In this document: one piece after another, positions 48,693 to 57,685 of the stretch | Position numbering within the stretch: position 1 is the first letter of the stretch | Layout of the letters: every line of letters begins with the position of its first letter | Source of the DNA: an uncultured Chloroflexia bacterium | GTDB lineage: Bacteria; Chloroflexota; Limnocylindria; Limnocylindrales; CSP1-4 | NCBI GenBank assembly: GCA_963813705.1 | Contig: CAWFAH010000009.1 | Span: 9,085-73,084, forward strand | Direction of reading: 5' to 3' | DNA: 64,000 bases | Notes under the pieces: model-generated | Databases searched by the model: none | What the model was told of the DNA's origin: nothing | Seen by the model: the letters and a program-made list of their open reading frames with translations, nothing else | Position numbers and translations under genes: made by a program

Positions 48693-48956
48693 TCAGCGGT
48701 TCCCGTACAGCTGCGCCGACATCGGGGCGAACGGCTGGCGGCTGAAGATCGCCTCGACCGGAAGGCCGAAGAACTCCGCGGCGCGCAAGGCCAGATCCAG
48801 GCTCGGGTTGTACTCGCTCCGTTCGAGGTAGCCGATGGTCTGGTAGTTGACGCCGAGCCCGTCGGCGAGATCCTGGCGGGAGAGGCCGCGCTCGGCCCGG
48901 AGGACGGCCAGGCGATTGTGGAGGACGGGCTCCGTGCGGTCGGCCGCGCGCGGCAT
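48693..48956 (-). CDS. XRE-family HTH transcriptional regulator (YozG-like)
   Basis: LHNRLAVLRAERGLSRQDLADGLGVNYQTIGYLERSEYNPSLDLALRAAEFFGLPVEAIF. Confidence 0.8.
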   Translation of the reverse strand: MPRAADRTEPVLHNRLAVLRAERGLSRQDLADGLGVNYQTIGYLERSEYNPSLDLALRAAEFFGLPVEAIFSRQPFAPMSAQLYGNR

Positions 48957-49447
48957 CACTCGTCCTCGAGCCGATCCGGCTCGAGCCAGGCGAGCGCGGC
49001 GGCCGGGAGGAGGGGGAGCAGGACGCCGAGGCAGAGGGCCGCCGCGGTCGCGATCGATGCGTCGATCGTGACGGGTTGCCCGAACCCAAGCACCGGGAGC
49101 ACGAGCGCCGCGACAAGGAGCACGACGACCGCGGCCAGCACCTGGTAGCTCAGGATCCATGCCCGGTCACGCAGCTGCCGCTCGCGCTCGTCGAGGCCGC
49201 GTCCCGGCATGTCAGCACGGCCCTGGACATAGCGGTACAGGACGAAGGCGCCGACGAGCGTGCAGCCGATCAGCACGAAGCTGATCGGACCCCACAGCAC
49301 CGTGGGGACCGAGGTCGTCATCCAGAAGGACGACCAGATGAACATGGCCGGCAACCCCAGCAGCGTCACGACCGCGATGAGGCGCCTGGATCGACGGGAC
49401 AGCCGCTCAACCCAGGACCTCGGGCGAGCGGTCGGTTGACTCATCAC
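48956..49447 (-). CDS. Membrane protein co-transcribed with the XRE regulator
   Basis: 4 TM helices. Its stop shares one base with the XRE ATG (TGATG). Confidence 0.6.
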   Translation of the reverse strand: MMSQPTARPRSWVERLSRRSRRLIAVVTLLGLPAMFIWSSFWMTTSVPTVLWGPISFVLIGCTLVGAFVLYRYVQGRADMPGRGLDERERQLRDRAWILSYQVLAAVVVLLVAALVLPVLGFGQPVTIDASIATAAALCLGVLLPLLPAAALAWLEPDRLEDE

Positions 49448-49477
49448 TGGAACCTCAGCTTCTCTTTGTACTCCCTT

Positions 49478-49497
49478 GTGTTGTACTTATACAACAC
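49478..49497. promoter_or_regulatory. Perfect 20-bp palindrome upstream of the membrane-protein/XRE operon
   Basis: GTGTTGTA-CTTA-TACAACAC, 31 nt upstream of the start at 49447, in an AT-richer patch. Confidence 0.5.
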
Positions 49498-49885
49498 TGT
49501 GTCAAGCCGGCAGATGTGACTTGCCGCCAACCTTGACCTGACCGGCTCTGCCATCGTCCCGCCAAGGCCCGCGTGCGAGACCGTTCCCCCCGGCGGTGAC
49601 AGGCGCGGGCCTCCCTCTGCGCCGAGTCACGCTCGCCCGAAGGCGAACGCGGCAAGATGACGTCTATCCCCGGTATCCGCCGAGCCGTCGGGCGGCGCCA
49701 CCATCGACTCGATCGGAGGAGGGAGGTGGCTGCGGCGCCGGCGGCGTTCCCCCCGACTGTTGGCGCCGCCCTTCCCCGACCGCCGACTGGGCTGCAGCGG
49801 CGAGACTTGCACCGCGCTCCGACCTCGACGAGACTGTCGCTCCACCGTTGTGGTCCGAGCCCGCGGTGATAGGGAACGCGTGACC

Positions 49886-50285
49886 ATGAACGCATCCGGG
49901 ATCGTTCAGCGCGAGTACGAGCGCATCCGCGCGCGCGTCTGGGACGAGGATGACGGCGACGACCTCGATGACGCGCTGCGCCTGCTCTCACCGATGGAAC
50001 GGGCCGTCTACGTGACCCGCCAGCTCGAGGCCGAACTCGCCGACGGCGGCTGGTTCCTCGTCTTCGCCAACGACGAGGAGTTGCTGGTCAAGCTCGCGCT
50101 CGAGGCGTACGGGCTGCTGGGCCTGCCCCGTTACGTCGCGCACCTGCGCGAGGTCATCGAATTCGGGCTTCGGCGACGACTCGTCAGACTCCGACGGCGA
50201 ACGCCTGGACGATCACTACGCGCGCCTGCGGAGTGCCGAGCGCGCTCGCGAGCGCCTGCTCGAGGGGGCCCTCCAGACCACCTGA
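49886..50285 (+). pseudogene. DUF4375/DMP19-like protein with one apparent frameshift
   Basis: LSPMERAVYVTRQLEAELADGGWFLVFAN is DMP19-family-like (recognised from memory). After ...EVIEFG the plausible end (GDDSSDSDGERLDDHYARLRSAERARERLLEGALQTT) lies in another frame and stops at 50283-50285. The junction is near 50168-50172. Confidence 0.5.
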
Positions 50286-50324
50286 CGATCGGGCGTCCCG
50301 GCCACGGTGCCCTGTGGCCGCTGG

Positions 50325-50927
50325 TCAAGAGATGGTCGAGTCGCGGGGCGGGAGCAGGACTCGCCCGCCGTCTCGCTCGTCGACGACGGTGGCCGATCGC
50401 GGATACCGACGCACGAGCGCGGCGATCCGGAGATCCGCATTCGAGGCGCTGGCGTTGACCACCGCCCAGAGGGCGATCACCCACGCGCTTGACGTGCCTG
50501 CGAAAAGCAGAAGGCCGATGAGCGCGAGGGCGCTCAGGCTCACTAGCGGACCGAGGACGATCGCCAGGTACGCATCGCGGCCGAACGCGTGCCCGGGCGC
50601 CTTCGCGTAGAACAACAGACGCCGCGCGTAGAAGCCGTAGGTCGGCCGCGCTCCTAGGCCGCGCAGCACCAGACCGTGCAGGAGCTCATGCACCGCGAGC
50701 ACGACGACGCTGCCGACGAGAACCATCAGGAGGTCGCGGTCACTCAGCGACGTCAGCGACGATCTGCCGAGCAGCATGCCGACGACGAGGAACGCGACGG
50801 CCGTCGCGCCAGCCGCCGCAACCGCCAGAACATTGAGTCCCATGCCGGACTCATCGCCGGCGCGCCAGCGGAGGGCCTCGATCATGCCAGACGATGACTC
50901 GCGGAAACCTGAGCCCGAACGTGACAC
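50325..50927 (-). CDS. Membrane protein with an HExxH motif (DUF3267-like putative zincin)
   Basis: HELLHGL lies after the first TM helix, with further TM helices downstream. The start is uncertain (50927, 50885 or later). Confidence 0.5.
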   Translation of the reverse strand: MSRSGSGFRESSSGMIEALRWRAGDESGMGLNVLAVAAAGATAVAFLVVGMLLGRSSLTSLSDRDLLMVLVGSVVVLAVHELLHGLVLRGLGARPTYGFYARRLLFYAKAPGHAFGRDAYLAIVLGPLVSLSALALIGLLLFAGTSSAWVIALWAVVNASASNADLRIAALVRRYPRSATVVDERDGGRVLLPPRDSTIS

Positions 50928-51148
50928 TCGCCTACGGTACTCGCCAGGGATCTGGGGCAGTTCCGCCGTGCGCCTGGCGTCGCCCTGCGAGCCGGCCGCC
51001 GAAACGAGCGCCTTGGCTCTGGTACAAGTTCCAGCGGGCGGACACTGACAAAAGGAGCGGGACGAAGAACGCGAACGACGTGGCGGACGTCGATTGGATC
51101 GCTGGCCGATGGGACCCGACGTGAGGTCCGAGCAACGCCTTCACGCCG

Positions 51149-51213
51149 CACATGTGAACGCCACCGGCCAGGTCTTGACATTCCCACCGCTCACATGTCA
51201 GAGTAGCCTGACA
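51149..51213. promoter_or_regulatory. Candidate ArsR operator/promoter region
   Basis: Palindrome CACATGTG (51149-51156), TTGACA (51175-51180), and inverted repeat TGTCAG-N6-CTGACA (51196-51213) just before the RBS GAAGGAGGG. Confidence 0.35.
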
Positions 51214-51227
51214 CATGAAGGAGGGAC

Positions 51228-51569
51228 ATGACGGACGACCAGACAGGCGATCAGCTGCTGCAGATGCTGAACGCTCTGGCGAACCCTCACCGCCTGCGGA
51301 TCCTCGCGGCGCTCAGCGAGCGGCAGAGCTACGTGAGCGAGCTGGCCCGTGAGCTCGGCATCGGCCGTCCGTTGCTCCACATGCATCTGCAGACCCTGGA
51401 GCGGGCGGGGCTCGTGGTCGGACGCCACGAGATCTCGGATGACGGGAAGGCGCTGCGCTACTACGAGGTGGCGGACTTCGACGAGCACCTGACGCCAGCG
51501 CGCGTCAGGGAGGCGGCGAGGACGCTCAGCTCGCACGACGAGCCCACAGGAAAAGTGAGGAAGCCATGA
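51228..51569 (+). CDS. ArsR/SmtB family transcriptional regulator
   Basis: LNALANPHRLRILAALSERQSYVSELARELGIGRPLLHMHLQTLERAGLV. Confidence 0.85.
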   Translation: MTDDQTGDQLLQMLNALANPHRLRILAALSERQSYVSELARELGIGRPLLHMHLQTLERAGLVVGRHEISDDGKALRYYEVADFDEHLTPARVREAARTLSSHDEPTGKVRKP

Positions 51570-51832
51570 CACTCGACTGGCCGGCGGCGATCTTGATCAT
51601 GTTCGTTATCTTCGCGGCGGGCGTCGCAATCGGCGGGCCGACACGCCGGCGCCACGAGCTCCAGATGGCCCAGGCCAAGGCGAAGGGGCACGAGGAGTAC
51701 CGGGCCCTCGCTGAGAAGTTCGAGGCGCTCGCCCAGGAGTCGCGCGACGGCAGGTCGGCGATGCAGTCCGACCTGGCCGCCGTGCGGGTCTCGGTCGCCT
51801 CGATCGAATCGATGATGCGCGAGGTCTCGTAG
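51566..51832 (+). CDS. Small single-TM protein translationally coupled to ArsR
   Basis: ATGA overlap. TM helix AAILIMFVIFAAGVAIGG, then a helical tail. Confidence 0.55.
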   Translation: MTLDWPAAILIMFVIFAAGVAIGGPTRRRHELQMAQAKAKGHEEYRALAEKFEALAQESRDGRSAMQSDLAAVRVSVASIESMMREVS

Positions 51833-51906
51833 CTCCAGATCGGCCCAAGACCTTTAGCCACATGGATGCAGGCCCGTGGGCCTGCCACACCGGATTGGAG
51901 AAGAGG

Positions 51907-52644
51907 ATGACAACGAATCGAAGAATCGCCCTCGTCACGGGCGTGATGTTCATCATCGCGACTGTCGGGGCCTTGGCGAGCGGCGCGCTCCTGGCACCGA
52001 TTCTGGGCGGTCCGGGCTACTTGACGAAGATCTCGGCAAACGAAGGCCAGGTCCTCTGGGGAGTGTTCCTTCAGTTCATCGCGGGCGTCGCGTGCCCGGC
52101 GATCGCGATCGCGATGTACCCGGTCTTGCGGAAGCAGGACGAAGGTCTGGCCCTTGGATCGGTCGGCTTCAGGCTGATCGAGGGGATGCTGTACGTCGTC
52201 CTCGTCGTCGTCCTCCTGCTGCTGGTGACGTTGAGCCAGGAGAGCGTGAAGGACGGGGCAGCGGCCTCGGCCGCCTTCCAGGTCCCGGGGGCGCTCCTGA
52301 TGGCAGCTCGTGACTGGCTAGGCCCGGTGGCGGGGGTGCTGACGTTCGGCCTCGGGGCCTTCATGTACTACGTGGTGCTCTATCGATCGCGGCTCGTTCC
52401 CCGATGGCTGTCGGGCTGGGGTCTCGTGAGCATCACGCTGGTCGTCATCTCCGGCACCCTGGTGCTGTTCCACCTTGCGGAACCGCTTGGGACGACCCAG
52501 GTGGTCCTGGCACTGCCCATCGCCGTGCAGGAGATGGTCCTGGCCGTCTGGCTGATCGCCAAGGGCTTCAACCCAGTGTCGGCCACCTCGATCGCTGCGC
52601 GACCGGCTCCCGAGACCGGGTTGGCAACCGCGCAGGCGCTGTGA
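51907..52644 (+). CDS. DUF4386-like membrane protein (paralog 1)
   Basis: RIALVTGVMFIIATVGAL...YPVLRKQDEGLALG...WLIAKGF pattern. Resembles 57686-58513. Confidence 0.6.
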   Translation: MTTNRRIALVTGVMFIIATVGALASGALLAPILGGPGYLTKISANEGQVLWGVFLQFIAGVACPAIAIAMYPVLRKQDEGLALGSVGFRLIEGMLYVVLVVVLLLLVTLSQESVKDGAAASAAFQVPGALLMAARDWLGPVAGVLTFGLGAFMYYVVLYRSRLVPRWLSGWGLVSITLVVISGTLVLFHLAEPLGTTQVVLALPIAVQEMVLAVWLIAKGFNPVSATSIAARPAPETGLATAQAL

Positions 52645-52693
52645 CGATGGGGGGTGATCTCGGCTGCGCTGGTCCGCTGGCTGGACGGCGTCC

Positions 52694-53537
52694 TCAGGCG
52701 CGAGGTTGGCTGGAGAGGCCGCCGGCGAACGCGCGCAGGGCGTCGGCGGCCTGGGGGCCGGTCAGGGGCGCCCCGTGCCCTCCCGCGATCACGCTCGGCG
52801 CGAGCTCGGCCAGGACGGCGATCGACTCCCTCGCGTGCCGCCAACCCCAGGTCGTATACCGCGGGGGTCGGGAGAGCCCCGACCTGCCGAGCAGGATGCC
52901 GGAGGCCGAGTTGACCTTCACTGTCACGACGGCGTCGCCCGTGATCAGGACACGGTCGCTGGGTCTGAAGAATCCGACGTGACCCGGCGTGTGGCCCGGC
53001 GTGGGGATGCACTCCCAGCCAGGAAGACCCGGAAGAGCCGCCCCCGGATCGAACGGGCGAGCCACGTCCTCGAGGCTCGATCGGGCGAGCATCCTCTCGC
53101 GCCGCCGGCGGCCCATCGCGCGCAGTAGCGGCAGGACGAACCACCGATCGAGGGGGCCCGCGTACTCGGTCATCGCCTCGAAGTCGCCCGCGGCAATGGG
53201 GAGCTCAGCGGGATGCACGTAGACCGGGGACGACCACCTCCGGGCCAGCTCCCGAACCGAGCCCGCGTGATCGGGATGGGCGTGCGTGAGCAGGATCGCG
53301 GCGGGACGGGTGCCTGCCCCGAACACCGATTACCGCCGCGAGGATCCGGTCTCGGTCGCCCGCCCAGCCGGCATCGATCAGGGCCCATCCGGCGCTCGAG
53401 CGCACCAGGTACACGTTCGTCTGCGTTCGGCCCTTCGGTCCGAGGCAGTAGACGTCGGGGGCGATCGCCCAGGCGACCGCTGAGCCGGGCGCATGAGGCA
53501 GGCGCGTCACGATGACCGCCCCGCCGGATGCGAACAC
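52694..53537 (-). pseudogene. MBL-fold metallo-hydrolase split by one frameshift
   Basis: The N-terminal part (VYCLGPKGRTQTNVYLVRSSAGWALIDAGWAGDRDRILAA) lies in one frame. The rest (FGAGTRPAAILLTHAHPDHAGS...TPGHTPGH) lies in another. The junction is near 53325-53340. Confidence 0.7.
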
Positions 53538-53550
53538 CCTCGGTCCATCA

Positions 53551-53985
53551 TCACGGGTGGGCCGATCGGGTGCGCGGCCACCAGGCGAGCCCGATGAACG
53601 TGAGGATCACGTCCAACGCCAGATAGATCGGCTGCAGTGGCGGATCGAGGCCGAAGCCCATGATTGCGATCTGCACAGCGAGCCAGATGAGCAGGACGAC
53701 GCCGACGCCCGTGGTCAGTAGCGGAGCAGCCGGGTGGCGCCGCCAGGCGAGCACCGCGACGACGAGCGAGCCGATCCCCAGGATCGTGAAGAGCACCAGG
53801 CCGGGGCACGAAGTAGGTGTCGAACGGCGAGCCGGCCAGCCAGTCGACCGGCAGCGGCAGGATCCTCGCGGACCGAGAATCAGGGCCAGCCCTCCGGCGA
53901 GAGCACCGACCCCGAGCAGAAGCTCGAGGGCGATCGCAGTGACCGCGAGTCGACCGCGGGAGGGGTGCGGGTCGGGCCTCATCAC
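53551..53985 (-). CDS. Small membrane protein with an internal out-of-frame segment (two compensating indels)
   Basis: The ORF is intact, but residues GPRGSCRCRSTGWPARRSTPTSCP read as ILPLPVDWLAGSPFDTYFVP in a neighbouring frame. Junctions lie near 53868-53880 and 53800-53812. Confidence 0.5.
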   Translation of the reverse strand: MMRPDPHPSRGRLAVTAIALELLLGVGALAGGLALILGPRGSCRCRSTGWPARRSTPTSCPGLVLFTILGIGSLVVAVLAWRRHPAAPLLTTGVGVVLLIWLAVQIAIMGFGLDPPLQPIYLALDVILTFIGLAWWPRTRSAHP

Positions 53986-54155
53986 GTTTCCATCCTAAGT
54001 AGGCGCCAGTTGCGACAGGTGACCGGAGCGTCGACGGCGACGCGGGGTTGACGCGGCCAGAGAACGGGTCTGACTGAAGAGCAGCGGCTGCAAGACCGCT
54101 GCTCATTTAGGCCTCGGATGGTGTACCCAACCCCGCGCCAAGTGAGCTGGCTGGA

Positions 54156-54617
54156 TCAGGGCGGCGGCGGATCGGCGGCGTCGGATCGGCCTTGGAACTG
54201 ACTCCGTGCCGAAAGCGCCAGTCCCACCAACGGCAGAAGACCGAGAAACAGGAACGTGTACCAGCCTCCCCAGGCGAGCTCGTCGAGGAGCGCGGTGAGG
54301 ATGCCCGCCAGGACGAAGACGCCGATCGCGTACCAGGCCCATCGCTCGCCGCGCCGGAAGGCCGTGAGTCCGATCGCGATGGCCAGGATCCCGACGGTCG
54401 CGACGTAGAGGTTGGCGTACAGGGCGTCCCACGCCAGGGTGCGGATGGCGCCGGGCGGATAGCCGGTGGTGTCGATGCCCGGGGCCACGACCACCGGACC
54501 GCAGGAGAAGCACGAGACGACCTCCGCGCTGTACAGCGCGGCGGCGGCCACCCAGATCGCGCCGCCGAGCACGACGAGTGCGACCGCGTATTTGGGGACC
54601 TTCGCTGACGCGGTCAT
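54156..54617 (-). CDS. Hypothetical membrane protein (4 TM)
   Basis: Hydrophobic helices. ATGA overlap with the upstream MBL gene. Confidence 0.5.
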   Translation of the reverse strand: MTASAKVPKYAVALVVLGGAIWVAAAALYSAEVVSCFSCGPVVVAPGIDTTGYPPGAIRTLAWDALYANLYVATVGILAIAIGLTAFRRGERWAWYAIGVFVLAGILTALLDELAWGGWYTFLFLGLLPLVGLALSARSQFQGRSDAADPPPP

Positions 54618-55282
54618 AGCGCAGTCTCCTTCGCTGTCGACGGGCGCAGGGATCGGCCGACTGGCGCCCCGTGCCCCGGCAGCAACCAGGTGTAGCCCAT
54701 CGCCTGCAGCCGCTCGGCCGATGCGGCCGCCTGGACGGGATCGAGCGCCAACCGAGGGTCGGGCGGCCGGACGTGGCCGTGGCCATCGCCCAGCAGCGCG
54801 TCGCCCGAGAACACGACACCATCGTCGCGACGGAGAGCGATGCTGCCGGCGGTGTGTCCAGGGACATGGATCACGCGAAGCCCGGCGACCAGGTCGCCGT
54901 CACGGACCTGTCGATCGGCGACCACGGCCTGGAAGCGAAGGAGGCGATAGAGCGCCCGCATCGCGAGGCCGCCCTTCTGTGGCCGTCCGCCCGCGAGCAC
55001 TGGGGCATCGAGCTCGTGGATCACGATCTGCGCCCCGGTCCGCCGCTTCACTGCCGCCGCTCTCCCGACGTGATCGAGGTCGCAATGGGTGAGGACGAGG
55101 TAGCGCACGTCATCCGCGCGGTGACCGAGGCGCGCGATGAACTGGAGGATCCGCTTCGCGCTGCCCGGCATGCCGCTGTCGATAAGGACGAGGCCATCGG
55201 CGGTCGCCACCAGGTAGACGTTGGCGATCCAGACCCCGTCGACCTTCCAGATCCCGTCGGCGAGCCCGATTGGCGTGGTCAC
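54614..55282 (-). CDS. MBL-fold metallo-hydrolase
   Basis: [12 protein letters not shown] metal motif variant and HVPGHTAGS. The GTG start overlaps the upstream stop (GTGA). Confidence 0.8.
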   Translation of the reverse strand: MTTPIGLADGIWKVDGVWIANVYLVATADGLVLIDSGMPGSAKRILQFIARLGHRADDVRYLVLTHCDLDHVGRAAAVKRRTGAQIVIHELDAPVLAGGRPQKGGLAMRALYRLLRFQAVVADRQVRDGDLVAGLRVIHVPGHTAGSIALRRDDGVVFSGDALLGDGHGHVRPPDPRLALDPVQAAASAERLQAMGYTWLLPGHGAPVGRSLRPSTAKETAL

Positions 55283-56046
55283 AGGGAGCCGACCAACGGA
55301 TCGGCCGTCGCCGGTTCGCGCAGGTAGCGCTCGAAGAACGCCTCGATCCGGCGGCGCGCGTCCACGGCGGACGGTTCGTGATAGTCGGCGCCACCGATGA
55401 AGCGGGCCATGAGCGCGAACAGGGGTGGGATGCGCTCGTCGCGGTGGTCGTTGAGGAAGCCGTGTCCCGCGTCGGGGTATTCCTTGACATCGTGGTCGAT
55501 GCCGAGCGTCTCGAGCACCCGGTCGAGCCTGGCGGCGGCGCCCTTGAGCGAGCCGTCGCGGGCGCCGTAGCTGCCCACGATCGGACAGGCGCTCGCCAGT
55601 ACCCGCTCGGCGTCTGCCGGAATGGTCCCGTAGTTCACGCTCGAGGCTGCGAAGCCGTGGCTCGGGGCGAGGGCCATGGCCAGGCCGCCGCCCATGCAGA
55701 AGCCGATGACCCCGATGCGACCCGTGCAGCCCGGCTGCTCGGTCAGCCATTGGCGGGTGGCTTCGATCTCATCGAAGAAGCGACCCCGACCGGCGCGGAT
55801 GTTGGCAAAGACCGTCCACAGGCAGGTCGCCGTGTTGCCGAAGGAGAAGAGGTCCGGCGCGATGGCGAGGTAGCCCGCGCCCGCGAGCCACTCGACCTGC
55901 CGGCGGGTGTCGTTGCTCATCCCCCCGGCATCGTGGATGACCACCACGCCGGGCCACGGGCCCTCGGAGCGGGGCCGGGCCACGTAGACCGGCAGCCGAC
56001 CGTGCGGCGTAGCGATGGTCTCGATCGCGCCAGGAGCGGCGGTCAC
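55279..56046 (-). CDS. Dienelactone hydrolase family protein
   Basis: [10 protein letters not shown] and the nucleophile elbow GFCMGGG. Confidence 0.85.
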   Translation of the reverse strand: MTAAPGAIETIATPHGRLPVYVARPRSEGPWPGVVVIHDAGGMSNDTRRQVEWLAGAGYLAIAPDLFSFGNTATCLWTVFANIRAGRGRFFDEIEATRQWLTEQPGCTGRIGVIGFCMGGGLAMALAPSHGFAASSVNYGTIPADAERVLASACPIVGSYGARDGSLKGAAARLDRVLETLGIDHDVKEYPDAGHGFLNDHRDERIPPLFALMARFIGGADYHEPSAVDARRRIEAFFERYLREPATADPLVGSL

Positions 56047-56477
56047 CGGGGCGCCTCGAGCGCAGGTGCCTCGAGGGGTTCGATCCGGAACACAGGGTGG
56101 TCGGCCGGGTCCGGCAGAGCGGCAAAGAACTCACGCGCGCGCCAGCCCATCTCCGCTCGGTATGAGGCCACCACCCGGTCGTGCTCGTCACCCTCTACCT
56201 CGACCGCTCGGAACCGTTCGCGCATCCGGCCCCGTCGCAGCTCGCCTTCACCGGCGGCCCGCAGGTTGCGCACCCAGTAGGTCTCGCCACCGCCCGAAAC
56301 GAGATAGCGCGCGCCCTCGAACGCGAGGACCGGGATCGGCGTGCGGATCGGGCGCCCGCTGTGCCGACCGCGGACGATGAGCGTCGGGCCGCCGAGCCAC
56401 AGGGTGATCGGGTTCACGAGGTGGCGCATGAGGAAGCTCGAACGGTGATAGGGACGGGGACTCGTCGGCGACGTCAT
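56043..56477 (-). CDS. Deazaflavin (F420)-dependent nitroreductase family protein (DUF385/Ddn-like)
   Basis: [33 protein letters not shown]...[30 protein letters not shown]. Confidence 0.7.
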   Translation of the reverse strand: MTSPTSPRPYHRSSFLMRHLVNPITLWLGGPTLIVRGRHSGRPIRTPIPVLAFEGARYLVSGGGETYWVRNLRAAGEGELRRGRMRERFRAVEVEGDEHDRVVASYRAEMGWRAREFFAALPDPADHPVFRIEPLEAPALEAPR

Positions 56478-56493
56478 GCGTCCTCCTCGTCGT

Positions 56494-56898
56494 TTACTTT
56501 GGCTGTCGCAGACCGTGATCGGGCGACAGGTAGATACGGAATCGGAGCGTGTGCAGCCCGAACAGCGTTCCGAGCGCCGCCCGACGCAGTGCCTCGAGCG
56601 GCGCGGGTCGTGCGGCCACCGCCGCCTGCCGTGCCTCCTCATCGAGCATCAGGCCCAGACCGGTGAGCGCCGCCGCGGCTGCGGCAGCCGTCTCGAGCCA
56701 GAGCAGGCGGGCCGGGCCGCGGCGCAACCGGTGTGACGCGCCCATGGCGAGCAGGGCCGCGTCCCGTGCCATCAAGCCGACCGACACCGCCTCGACCAGG
56801 ATCGCCCCACGGCGACCGAAGCGCCGGATCGCCAGCTGGCTGAGCGGGAAGCCCATTCCACTCACGACCAGCACCGCTCGTCCGATTCGATCCGGCAT
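56494..56898 (-). CDS. Hypothetical membrane protein
   Basis: Moderately hydrophobic 134-aa ORF between the TetR and Ddn-like genes. Coding status is less certain. Confidence 0.4.
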   Translation of the reverse strand: MPDRIGRAVLVVSGMGFPLSQLAIRRFGRRGAILVEAVSVGLMARDAALLAMGASHRLRRGPARLLWLETAAAAAAALTGLGLMLDEEARQAAVAARPAPLEALRRAALGTLFGLHTLRFRIYLSPDHGLRQPK

Positions 56899-56907
56899 CC
56901 GACGCCC

Positions 56908-57564
56908 CTACAGCCTCTCGAGGGCGTCGAGGATGACATCAAGGCCGAACTTGAACTCGGCGCCGTAGTCGTAGTCCGGCTCCAGGGCGTGCTCCATCAT
57001 CTCGACGAAATGGGGGTACGCGTCGAGGTCCGACGACTGTCGGATGCCCTGAGCCACCTCGGCGATCTCATCGGCAGAGGCGAACGGGAGGGTCAGCTTC
57101 GTCAGCGCAAAGCCGTAGACGTAGGCATCGATGAGGGAGTAGGCGTGGGCGGCCATCGTGATGTCCATGCCGCCGGCCCGGAGGCTCCCGATCACCGCGT
57201 CGTGGTGGCGCAGGTTCGCCGGGCCCGCGGTTCGCCTCGACTCCAGCAGACCGATCGCCCAGCGGTGGCGCAGGAGGACGTCGCGGAGGGAGATCGCGCG
57301 CCGGCGCATGGCCGGCTTCCAATCGTCATCGTCAGACGGGAGCTCGATCTCGGCGAAGACGAGATCGACCAGGCCATCGACGATCTGGTCCTTGCTGGCG
57401 AAGTAGTAGTAGATCGCCATCCCCTCGACGCCGAGCTCCTGGCCCAGCCGACGCATCGTCAGGGACTCGAGACCGCCCTGATCCGCGAGCTTCAGGGCGG
57501 TCTCCAGGACTCGCTCCCGGCTCAGCGGTGCGCGCCGCTGTGCGGCCTCGGTCATCCGGGTCAT
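56908..57564 (-). CDS. TetR/AcrR family transcriptional regulator
   Basis: LSRERVLETALKLADQGGLESLTMRRLGQELGVEGMAIYYYF HTH. GAGG RBS lies before the ATG at 57564; the track start is 57609. Confidence 0.85.
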   Translation of the reverse strand: MTRMTEAAQRRAPLSRERVLETALKLADQGGLESLTMRRLGQELGVEGMAIYYYFASKDQIVDGLVDLVFAEIELPSDDDDWKPAMRRRAISLRDVLLRHRWAIGLLESRRTAGPANLRHHDAVIGSLRAGGMDITMAAHAYSLIDAYVYGFALTKLTLPFASADEIAEVAQGIRQSSDLDAYPHFVEMMEHALEPDYDYGAEFKFGLDVILDALERL

Positions 57565-57609
57565 CACCTCGGCTTCCTGCGGCCCCGGATCAGCCCCGGG
57601 ATCTGGCAC

Positions 57610-57670
57610 TTGACAACCAAATCTTACATGGTAAAGTCCGCCTCAGCAAGACCACTTTACATCATAAAGT
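57610..57670. promoter_or_regulatory. Divergent promoter with two copies of a 14-nt candidate TetR operator
   Basis: TTGACA (57610-57615), 16 nt, then TAAAGT (57632-57637). Operator-like TTACATGGTAAAGT (57624-57637) and TTACATCATAAAGT (57657-57670). The second sits within the inverted repeat ACTTTA-N5-TAAAGT. Confidence 0.55.
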
Positions 57671-57685
57671 CGAAGGAGGCCAGCG

